A program made the translations under genes and the position numbers. A stretch of DNA of 64,000 bases from Pavona decussata (taxonomy: Eukaryota): assembly GCA_977016875.1 (NCBI GenBank), contig CDRNST010000067.1, positions 1,674,001-1,738,000 of the forward strand, written 5' to 3'. The notes beneath the pieces are model-generated. The model did not search any database. It had not been told where the DNA came from and was given only the letters and a program-made list of their open reading frames with translations. Below are positions 25,664 through 36,451 of this stretch, piece after piece; the first letter of the stretch is position 1, and the number at the start of each line of letters is the position of its first letter.

Positions 25664-26474
25664 GTCACTTCTAAGAACAATGCTAGACCGCGCAAAACGC
25701 TTATCTTCTACACAAGACTTCCTTTTGCAAGAATGCAAGACCTTAAAAGGGATATTTTTGAAATTAAAATATCCCGAAAAACTCATCGACTCAGCTATAA
25801 TCGCCTCCAGCATCCTATAGACCCAGTTCAAACACCTTCTGACCGCCCTGTTCAGATTACGTTGCCATTTAAAGATCAGAAATCGGCGGACGTGGTTCGC
25901 GGGCAACTTGGCGACCTCGGAACTAAAATTAATCAAGAACTACAGCCGGTGTTCACAAGCAAAAAGATCGCTGATCATCTGAGAGTCACAGAAGAAAAGC
26001 CTCCCCTGATCAATCAGCAAAGTGTAGTATACGAATTCACATGTGATTTGTGTGATACAAATCATATTGGGTACACTTGCCGCCACCTACATCAACGCGT
26101 TGAGGAGCATAAACATTCTGTGATCGGAAAACATCTCAGGGACGCGCATGGTTTAACACCTAACTACTTAATTGAGAACTTTAAAGTCAAAGAAATGCCA
26201 TGAGAAATTTGAATGTTTGGTCTACGAAATGCTGTGGATCAAAAACAAAAGACCGAAACTGAACACGCAAGCGGATTCCATTCGCGCGAAACTCTTTACC
26301 TGAATGCTTTCATGCTAATTTATTTTCTCACTTTCAATACCTATAACTATGCCTTTCCGTTATTTCCATTTTTACTCATTTGACAATGACGATATGAAGG
26401 CGTCGAAATGTCATGCCGTTTTACTATCGTTAATTTTCTTGTTGAAATGTTTCTCTAAATCGTTTTTCATCAGA
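25664..26474 (+). mobile_element. 5'-truncated Penelope-like retroelement (GIY-YIG endonuclease end and 3' region)
   Basis: SLLRTMLDRAKRLSS..ECKTLKGIF..YP, SVVYEFTCDLCDTNHIGYTCRHLHQRVEEH and EMLWIKNKRPKLNTQ. Flanked by a 12-bp direct repeat AATTAAATTAAG (25652-25663 and 26475-26486). Confidence 0.92.
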
Positions 26475-27684
26475 AATTAAATTAAGCTTAAGTTTATCGC
26501 CTGCGCTTACATCTAGCTTGTTGTCCTCTCAAACGTGCTTCGGGCAATGCAATCAGTCGGTTTAATACACCATTCAACAATTTTTCTCGTTCCTGGCTGG
26601 GTTTTTTGCGTTCAAATTTTGCATTACAAAGTGTAAACTATAATACTGTAGATCAATAAGCATTATTATCCCCCTCATAATTTCGCAAGTATAAGGATCA
26701 ACTTCTTGGTCGTTTGGTAGCTCAAACCCAACGAATTTGTGTTAATAAAAGTGGGATCGTTTTTAGTTGTCACTTCTAATGACAAAGAGTACCAGTTTTG
26801 GAAGAAAATCCAAGATGATAATCACTACTGATTTTACAAATGGCGTGCTCTTGAAGCGAGCAAATTTTCATGCATCTTACATGTAGATGGATGGTGTGAT
26901 AAGTATCTCGTTCATGTATCACCATAAATTATTAACTTGCAGAAACACTTTCAGTTAACACCCAAGACTTTTATGTTTACTTTGATTAAGGATGCAATCA
27001 GAAAGACTTACAAGAAATTACAGAAGGGACGGGAGGATTTTACAGGCTTTCTGATGGATGCCAGGGTGGTAACATTATCTTTCTAGGTTCTTGTTTTCGC
27101 TGCCTAGACAATTAGTGGCCCATGCCCAAGCTTTGCTAATAGTGAGCTTTGAGAAGAAAACTGGAGTTGGTTTTGATGATCTCTGAATGTTACAACTGCC
27201 ATAAAAGAAAAAAATAGGTAGAGTGTAGTAAACCAAAGCTTCGTTTTATTACTACCTTGTGGAACAAATTGTTACAAAGAAACAAACTACCTGTATAACA
27301 TTTTTGGTGATCAAAATATTGTTTATTGACAAAAGTGGGACTGCTGCTCTTTAAGTGGATAAATAGTACAACAATATACATTTAAACAAATGAATTTTAG
27401 TCATGTAGGCCATATTTGCTTTTAAGTTTCAATGAAATTTACCTCTCAATATATTTTTTTGACCATATGAACAACTTTTCATTGACCGAATTTGCTACTG
27501 TTTAAAATGCCTAGTAGTTGTACATTCACTTCCCGAACAAAGTTTTCCTAGCTAATGTTTTCTATTGTTTTGTGATAAGCCACTGCCTATTCGTAATTGG
27601 ATAATAAGTATCACTGTATGGGAATGTGGGCACATATACAAGCATCTTGAACCCCAATCGCGGAATTATGGTCTGGTGTAAAAA

Positions 27685-28302
27685 ATAATAATAATAATAA
27701 CTACCTATATGGCGCTTATCCAGTTCTGTTCTAAGCGCTTTACAAAGATGAAAAGAATTCATAGGTTTAAAATAATTCGTAAAAAGATGAGTCTTAAGTT
27801 TACGTTTAAAAAGATTTAGATTGTCACAAGAATGGATGTCAACAGGTAGTTTGTTCCAGAGTTCTGGGGCCGAAACAGCAAAAGCTCTGGAGCCATACGA
27901 CTTGAGATTAAAGTTGACCGCACACAGGCGAAATGCGTAAGACAACTGGAGCGTTCTTTAAGTTGAATAGCGGCGTATCAGGCCTTGTATGTGGATGGGG
28001 GACTGTTGGTGAAGAGCTTTGTGGGTGAGCAGATTTTGAATTTAATTCGCTCGGAAACTGGAAGCCAGTGAAGGTCGAAATAAAATAAGGGTTATGTGGT
28101 CATACTTGCGAGAGCCTGTGATCAGTTGAGCCGCGGCATTCTGTACTGAGTGAAGCTTTTTAATAACATATTTCGGAACATTGTATAAAAGAGAGTTACA
28201 GTGATCCAACTTGGAGGCTATAAAAGGGTGGACTAGCGTCACTGTGGTTTTAGTGGATAGCAATTTTCTTACACAGGAGATGTTTCGAAGATGATAGAAG
28301 GC
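27685..28302 (-). mobile_element. L2 LINE 3' end with (TTA)n tail
   Basis: AFYHLRNI..LVHPFIASKLDHCNSLL..VQNAAA..DHIT..YGSRAFAVSAPELWNKLP..FKRKLKTHLF. The tail is at 27685-27700. Confidence 0.9.
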
Positions 28303-28475
28303 TACGGTGGCACAAAAGTGTCACGGCAATTTCAATTCCACCGCGGCAATTTCAACTTCATCACGGCAATTTCAATTTCACCCCAGCAATTTCAACTTCA
28401 TTCACGCCAATTTCAATTTTATCACGGCAATTTCAACTTCGTTCACGGCAATTTCAATTTTATCACTACAATTTT
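28303..28475 (+). mobile_element. IS3EU-like terminus with ~20-bp tandem subterminal repeats
   Basis: TACGGTGGC begins exactly where the L2 frame breaks. About 7 copies of CACGGCAATTTCAA(T/C)TT follow. Confidence 0.7.
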
Positions 28476-28850
28476 TTTCAACCTGTCTAAGAACCGGAAA
28501 TAGTCGCCTTGGATTCCAGAGGCCCATTGCCATCTGGGTAATAACCCACAATGCAGATGGAGAACATTGTTTGTGGCGGGACGTTTCGTGGAGGTCAACC
28601 TTGATCCAACTTTGGAGAGATGTTTTGTGGACATTGTGGTTCGTCCACAATAAATTCACAACAGTTCTGTACAAATTGTGGATTCGGTAAGTCTTTAATC
28701 ACTATACTTCCCAAAATTACTTTGAAAATTGTCGCGTTTCACCTTGAAAACAAGCGAATTATACGATGCCCTGCTGATCTAATTCATTTTGGTGACTGAA
28801 ACAAACATTTCCAAATTGAACGATAGGCTAGTGGGATCACACAAGCTTAA

Positions 28851-31244
28851 CCCATTGACTCCTACACCGGCCAAAACCGGCCACCCGCCCAACATCCGAA
28901 CTTCCTACACCGGCCAAAACCGGCCGCAAGTAACGCCTAGTACAAAACTGCTCCCCTCTCCTCCAGGGGATGTTTTTGTCTTTATTTATTGTCATAGCAA
29001 CAAAGACAGGAAATAAACCAATCAAAATCCGTTTTTTGCGCACTTTTGACAGCTACAAAAAGGCCGCCTCCACATGTTAATTCTTTGTCGCTTTGTTTGA
29101 TCGCGCCTGGAGAAAACAATGGCCGATAACACAGAAATCCACTCAGATTTCAATGACTTGTTTGAGGACTCAGGTGACGAAAGTTCATTCCATGGCTTTT
29201 CTGTCGATGGAGACGAAGACTCAGATGGCTCAGATGACTCCGATGTGAATCTCGAAGCTTTGGTGAACGAAGAAAACCAAGGAGATGAAAGACCTGCCGC
29301 TGCCGCCGCCGAAGACGATCAAGATGAGGAAGATTTGCCCTGGACCGATCAGCTTCCCCGTGTTGTTCGCTCCACATTTAGTTCAGCCATCGGTAGCAAT
29401 TTTCCGTTACCCGAGAACCCAAGGGAGATATATTTCGTTTCAGCTTTCATTGATGATGATTTGTGGGATTTGACCGTGTTAGAAACTAATCGCTACGCGC
29501 AGCAAAAGCTTGCAAATTCCCCTGCTCGTCTTGTGAATTATGTCCCTGTTACGCACCCCGAATTGCTGTAAATATTGTTATGGGTGTGGTGAAACTGCCT
29601 AGTACTGGTTTGTACTGGTCTTCAAATGAAATCGAGGTATTATGAAGATCATGACTAACAACAGGTATGAAGAAATTAGTCAGTACTTACATTTTAGTGA
29701 TTCTTCCGTTGAGCCCGCACGTGGAATGCCAGGATTTGATCGTCTTAACAAGGTACGTGGTGTTTTTGATTGCATTCGCCAGAAATGTCAGACTAATTTT
29801 AAACCATCTAGGAACATCAATGAGGGCATGATAGGTTATCGAGGTAGGTTGTTGTTTCGTCAATATATGCCCATGAAGCCCACGAATTATGGCATCAAGA
29901 TGTGGATGGCCGCCGATTCCAGCAATGGGTATGTATTGAACTTCAATGTTTATCTCGGTAAAGAGGGCCAACGAAGAATCCATGGTTTAGGTTATGATGT
30001 TGTATTTAAAATGCTTACACCTTTTATGAATAAACATTATCACGTATTTTTTGATAATTTCTTTAGTTCAGTTAAATTACTTGGACATTTGGAAGCTCAG
30101 AACACCTACGCTTGTGCAACGGTAAGAACAAATCAGAAAGAATTGCCCTCTTGCGCGCAGCAAAAGCTACGCCCAGACCAAAAGCAGAACATCGTTTTTA
30201 CCAAGTGGCATGACAAGCGTGATGTAAGTTTAATTAGTACAAATGTAAACCCTTTGGATGCAGATGTTGTGACCCAGCGCCGCGATAAGCAGATCCGGAA
30301 ACCCCCTGTAGTGGTGCTGTACAATTCGAACATGGGCGGTGTTGATCTTGCTGATCAAATGTGTAAGTATTACACCATAGGGCGTTCGTCTTATAAGTGG
30401 TATAAGTATTTGTTTTGGTTCTTGGTTGATCTTTCTATTTGTAATGCTTTCGTCTTGTGCAACTTTTTTCAACAGGAACAAGGTAAAGGTAAGCTAAAGC
30501 AAGCCGCATTTCGCACAAACCTCACAGCGCATTTTGTTAATGGCTTTTGTTCGCGCACGGGCACTGCAAAGCCCCTTAAGATCGAGACGCTTTCACTTTC
30601 AGCTGCAAATGCTGGCAAACATTTTATTGAAAAAATTCAGGGTAGGAAGCGGGAGTGTGTAAATTGTAAGAGAGCAGGTAAGAAAACTCCCAAAGGTGAT
30701 GCAGTTGAAAGCTCTTTCAAATGCCTTCAGTGTGATGTCACGCTCTGCAAGGTAGGTTGCTTCCAAGAATATCACAACGCCGATGGCTGAACGTCTTTCT
30801 TCACACCTGAGTCCCCGTACATTCAAAGAAATCTTCATTTCTTCAAAGTTAGAAACTTAGAATACACCATTCGTACATAAAGCGACTTGATAATATTAAT
30901 TTGGTTCACCTTTCACTTTGTAATTGGCTTTGGTTTGGCTGCCAAAATTATGAACATAAATTTCTATTTTCCAAAATGTCATGCCGTAGCGCGATAATTT
31001 CTGATTTGACTTAAATGTTTTGGTTTTTCCGCAATGTTTGACATTCAATTTTGCCAGATTTTGGATATTTTGATCAATTAATTATTGGTGTTTTAAATAA
31101 ACATTGTTTGGAAACCCAACGTTGTGTGTGTGTTTACTGCGCATATTAAGTTTTTATTTTTTGCTCACGTATTTGCCTTCCAAGTCGAAATTCTCACAGG
31201 AAGTTGACTTGGTTGGCGAGCGGTAATTGACAGGAGTCAAAGGG
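28851..31244 (+). mobile_element. piggyBac transposon, full length
   Basis: TTAA TSDs (28847-50 and 31245-48), TIR CCCATTGACTCCT / AGGAGTCAAAGGG, and an internal transposase. Confidence 0.95.
29119..30790 (+). pseudogene. piggyBac (PGBD4-like) transposase, disrupted
   Basis: Acidic N-terminus, ETNRYA, RQYMPMKPTNYGIKMW, FFDNFFSS, YNSNMGGVDLADQ and a Cys-rich C-terminus. There is a stop/frameshift at 29570-29640, and the first catalytic D appears as N (INEGM). Confidence 0.92.
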
Positions 31245-34200
31245 TTAAGCTTAATTAAGTTTAAGCGATAGAGCAGCTTACCTTAAACTGTTAAGGTTAC
31301 ATTTGATACTGCGTTAGAGGTTATGCTGTCAGCTGAATTCTACGACTTCGGGCATTAGTCATTTTCTCATCAGAATTAATTGTGCAAGAGTCAGTATAAT
31401 ATTAGAAAGAACCCGCAGTGCATCTCAGAGAGTTACAGGACCAAAACAAAATTTTCTTTAAAAACGCCAAAACCGTCGATTCCAATCAGGAAACAAGGGG
31501 AATGCAACCATAAAAATTAATTGAAAGACATTATGACATTATTATTCTGACACTTGGCTCATACGATGCAGTGTGGTATTGATTAAATAAACCTCTACTG
31601 CACCTTCACATAACACTAGAACAAAACAAACAGGCACATTCCATTCCACATTTAGCTTCAAAATCTCCATGAATCTTTGCCAGGTCCTTTTTTTGAGACT
31701 AGTCTCTCAAAAAAGTGGGATTTTTGCCCTTTAAGTCCTCTGCACAAATCATAACTTTAACTACGGTCATGAAGACAGGGGAAATCATATAATAGTAAAA
31801 CTGTATCTACATGTATAAGGAGGGGGCCAGTAAAAATTTTACTATACTGGACTTTTTGAACTGATCAGACCTTAGTTTAATATGCAGTGCTTTTTTTTTC
31901 AAGAGCTCAAATTATAAAATAGAGAGTTATCTTGCTTTAACTAGCTAAAATGTGAAATTCCCCAAAGTTCAACAAATTGACAAATGCCTCACCCCCAGGT
32001 AGACCACTGTTAACAATTGCCTGTTTGGGGGGGAGAGGGGGAAATGAATTGACTGAGTCATTGCCATTTTCATTGATCCTTGATACTTAACATACTCACA
32101 AGAGCAAATGCAAGTTAAATTTTCATTGACTAGTGATCTGCTAAGAGATTCTGCCCTCTTCACTGAATGTATATCCAACTGTCATTCTAAAGGGAGTTTC
32201 AAAAAGTAAATTGTGTACAATGATTTCATAGAAACATCAGCACTTCTTTAACTAATCAATTTAAGCAATAATATAATTTCTGTTCTTCCTACAGCCCTTA
32301 CAAAAGAATCACACCCAGGTACAAGTGGCTCATTTAGCCAGGTACAGAATCTTCCTTCAGCTCCGGCAACAGAATCTGAACCAGGTTCAAGTAGGTCATT
32401 TGGTCGTGTACATGGTTTCACCACTTACAAACTGCTGAAAGATCAAGAATGGAAAGAAAGTGTGACAAAGAAAGGAAAAGGGAAAAAGGCCACTGAAACA
32501 CCAGAAAATCACAATAGTGAAGTTATTATTTACATTGGGTTGTCTGAATGGAGTCCCAAGGGTGACTGTCTCAAGAAGAAGCATGGGAAACGTTTAGCAT
32601 TAAGGGCAAATAAGAAAGATCCTCCATCAACTTTGCTACAAAAAGCCTTGACCAAATGGAAAGTTTATAAGAGCGATTGTTATTGTGAGGATAAGAGTAT
32701 ATCCTACTGCTGGAGGATTTCCAAGAAGCATTTTTTCTTCCTGGCACACATAAAGAGTTTTTTACTCTTGAACGATACCAACAAGGGCTTGGAAAGGACT
32801 TCAAGAGAGTAACTTTGTATATCTGCACCAAATCAGATTTTCATTTGCATGAATGTAGTGGATATGCTGAAGAAGAAGTGGGAAAAAGCAAGTGCATGGA
32901 TGGTGATGATGATGAGAATTCTGTTGTCATTCCAGACTCTGTGTTTGAGAATCCAGGAACCAATGAACAATCACCTAGAGATGAAAGCAATGCCAATGAT
33001 GATGGAGAATCTAGCAGTGTCCAGATAAGAAGTGACCATGAGATGGCTCTAGCTCTACACAATAGCATTAACAATGATAATGGTGATGATCATGAAGATA
33101 TATGTGATGTTGTACCAGCCCCATGTGCTGCTGTAACTGACTCTGCATCAGTTGTGAAAGTCTTGCAAGAGAAAGTTGTTGAGAATTGTCACCTCTTTTT
33201 GACAACAAGAAGAGGAATAAGTCTAAACGTGTGATTCATTTGTGGCAGCGTGAAAGGAAGACGAAGCCTGGAGAGTATAAAGTTAACATAAAGTACTTAG
33301 GAGAGGAACGTTTAGACACTGGTGCCTTGTCCAGAGAATTTTTTGCTGATGTAATCAGTGATATTGCAAAGATCATGTTTCAAAATGGTAGTCCAGCGCA
33401 TCCAACACTTTTCATTCAGCATGGAAATTTCACAACGGTTGGAGAGATTGTTGCAACAAGTCTTACACAAAGTGGGCCACCACCATCCTTCTTGGAAGAG
33501 GCAACTTATGACATGTTGCTGAATCCAAATGTTGACCTTAGAAGTCTTGATCCAGAGCACTACCTGACACAACCAGAGAGGGAGCAGATTGAAAAAATCA
33601 AGGATGATCCTGTCAATTATAAGGACATCATTATTGACCACGGATATACCGGCCCAACCAAGGAGGACATGATGGATGACATCATTAGCTCTGTTGTCAT
33701 CCATCAGCAGTGTCAGCAGAAAATTGCTCTCCCTATGTGAGTTTATGGAAGGGCTTCAGGCGTATGGCTTGAAGGACCTTCTACTAAACAACCCTGAGTC
33801 CTGCAGGCCCCTTCCTGTTAAGGGACTTGTTCAAGATGTTGATGCCAACTACTTGGTTGGGCTTTTGGAGCCAGAATTCTCTGACATGGGAACCTCAGAG
33901 AGAACTGCAGAGGAGCAAGTTCTAGATAACTCTCAGGACTTTCTCTACATCCTGAAAGATGAAGAGATAACTGGCTATTCTTCAGCAGTGGCCTGGAATT
34001 ATGATTGTGGTTTGGAAGTTAGTGGAGAAGATGATATTTCAGTAGATGGAGAGAGGTATGAGGACCCTAACTTAAGTGCAGCAGGGGTTATGAAGTGGTT
34101 AACTGGGCAACTACACCGAGAAATTACTCGCAACAGTTTGAAAATAAATGTGAAGTTCAACCACAATAATATTGCAAAGTTGTAAATCCAAATCTCAGAG

Positions 34201-36116
34201 TGTGTTATCCCTATGTCAGAGCCTGTGAAACGGAAATATCGTTTCCTGTTATGCACATGACCAAGTATGATGAATTTAAGAATGTTTTCCTTATGGCATT
34301 CTGTAAAGGACAAGCTTTTGCATGTCACTGAAAACTAGAGGACAGAAATGGCAGCCACTATAGACCAATTATTTGTGTGGCATGTACTTCAAAGTGATTG
34401 CACATAAAAGTGGAGTTCTCCTCTTTATAGACATTAGTTAGAGACCTCAAGACATTATTTGGCATTTACTTGGCAGATTGAATTATTGTTGTGTTTGTAA
34501 AACCTCCCACTGCATACAAGACTGGTAGGTTTTTTCCTAAACTCTTTCAGTCCCAAAGATATAGCAACATCTAACTTCTCCTTACGATACCGAGAAGGCT
34601 CTTGCCTTACAAGGTCCTGGTAGCCTTGGGCACCCAAGCATTTGCTTTGGGTACATAGATATTTACTGTGGCATCTAACTTTTAACAGTTTGAGCTCCTA
34701 GTTTTTCAATTTTTGGCCTTGTAAGCTTCATGAAATTTTCCTTAGATAGCATCCTTGATCAATAGGATAACTCGTTCGCTAGCATGAACAAAGGATTTGT
34801 TCAGAAACAGTTGTTTGTAAGGCAAAATGTTAAACATTGTATGCCAAACTGTCCCACAAGAAATGTATGGAAACTGGTGAGGAAAGTTAAGCATATATCT
34901 TGTACATCAATATTTGCCATCCTGGAGGGCTGAAAGAGATAAAGCTATGACAGAGTTAAGATTCCCTCCATAGATGGCTAGTATTTGGTCATGATTATGA
35001 AAACACAACATTGAGATTATTAGTTAGCGCATATGATGATTTGGATCATCAAAGATGTTGAAATTCAAACATAACCATAAATGAACATTTTTTGGTAAGG
35101 AAACTCACAGTTTCTGTTTCTATTAGATTGTAGCAGGTTTACAGTAAATTTTAAGTGATGAAATGTCAAAGTCAATGTACTTTTCTTTACACTGTAATCA
35201 CCACATTTCAGTCATGTGTTTAAGCCTGAAAATGTAAACAGTTTGGTACAATACCATGAACCAATAAAATATGGGTACACAGCTTACAAGACTATCCCGA
35301 GAGATCAAGTGATTTTACAGTTCTACCCACATGAATTAAGGTAAGGATCTCAATAGATTTGGAGGGGGTGGTCTCTTTTAGAATAAATTGAAGGTACTGC
35401 TTTGCTTAGAAGCACCAAGGATCTGCACAGAGTATTTTATTTTTATTGTCATTTAAGTTGCTGTTGTGTCACGTGACATACCATGCACAATTTTAAAAAT
35501 TTGCTTTGATTTAGATTTACATCCCTTTACCTTTAAGAAAATGAATTGCTATTTAGGTTTCCTTCTATGAATGACTTTGGGTCTAGGGAACTAATTTCGT
35601 TTTTTAGAATTTATTTACTTCCTGTAAAATGCAACACTTATTTTGGCGAGCAACTGAAAAAAAAGAAAACACTTAATAGTCATGTAACATTTACAGTTCT
35701 CAGGGTAATTCTCTCCAATTTTAAGACTTGAAAACAAATAAGAGTATTTTGACATTATCAGGATGCAATTCAAGTAGATCAAACTTTGCATAAATTAGGG
35801 TGTAGTAAATCATCAAAAAATGTTGCCCTCTTTGTTATCACCAAATTATAAGTCAAGATAACTGGAATAAAAACACCAGACAAAAAGTGTCGAAAATGGT
35901 GATACGAGAGTCATTCCTTCATTCAGGTGAGTTGAGGTTCCTATTAAATGAAAAAAAAAAATGCTTTCAAGAAATGACAGTAAGATTAGTAGTTGCAAGG
36001 TTCCTTGGCTGAAAGATTTCTTGTATCGCGTAACTCTTTTTGAAAATATAAAATGTGGTAAGCTAGCTTTCAGATTCCGATCTTATGTGATATTAATATG
36101 TATCTGATCTTTTCAG

Positions 36117-36263
36117 GCATCATCTACAATTAAGACATATGACAGAACAGAGCTGTTAAAACAGTTACAGATGGTCGGACAGCTGCATCAAGGGGGAAGC
36201 CTGACCAAAGAAGAATTTGACGAGCAAAAAAGAAACATCCTTAGAGATATGTCTAAATGTTAG
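36117..36263 (+). CDS. Terminal exon encoding a SHOCT-like domain
   Basis: AG acceptor at 36115-16, then ASSTIKTYDRTELLKQLQMVGQLHQGGSLTKEEFDEQKRNILRDMSKC*. This fits the SHOCT consensus L..L..L...G.LT.EEF..QK..IL. An upstream donor lies near 35927. Confidence 0.65.
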   Translation, partial: ASSTIKTYDRTELLKQLQMVGQLHQGGSLTKEEFDEQKRNILRDMSKC

Positions 36264-36451
36264 GTTTCTTTGCTTTACAAGGCCAGTGTAATTGTATAAA
36301 TAAATGGTTTGAACAGTACAGAAAGAAATAGTTGCTTTTGTTTTTATTTTTAGTTTAATATGTACAATGTTGTTTATTAACTTAAAGCTTTTTTCACAAG
36401 ACCATGTAGACTGTTCAAGTCATATCGGATAAAGCTTACCCGCATGTAATT

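Larger units (their letters stand above)
28620..34331 (+). pseudogene. Zinc-ribbon + HECT-domain (G2E3-like) E3 ubiquitin ligase, frameshifted
   Basis: Exon 1 reads MFCGHCG..FCTNCG|gt (28620-28686). Exon 2 from 32295 has YLGEERLDTGALSREFF, GEIVATSLTQSGPPPSFL, EFMEGLQAYGL, VMKWLTGQ and C-lobe CYPYVRACETEISFP..GQAF, with TGA at 34329-34331. Confidence 0.82.

Noticed and set aside
27441-27490. ~50-bp match to 50745-50793 as the ends of one large element
   Set aside because: Direct orientation, diverged and without TSDs. More likely two remnants of a dispersed repeat.
28320-28475. Short regular repeats as a CRISPR array (also 3375-3520)
   Set aside because: The units are head to tail with no unique spacers, there are no cas genes, and the context is eukaryotic. 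They are better explained as transposon subterminal repeats.
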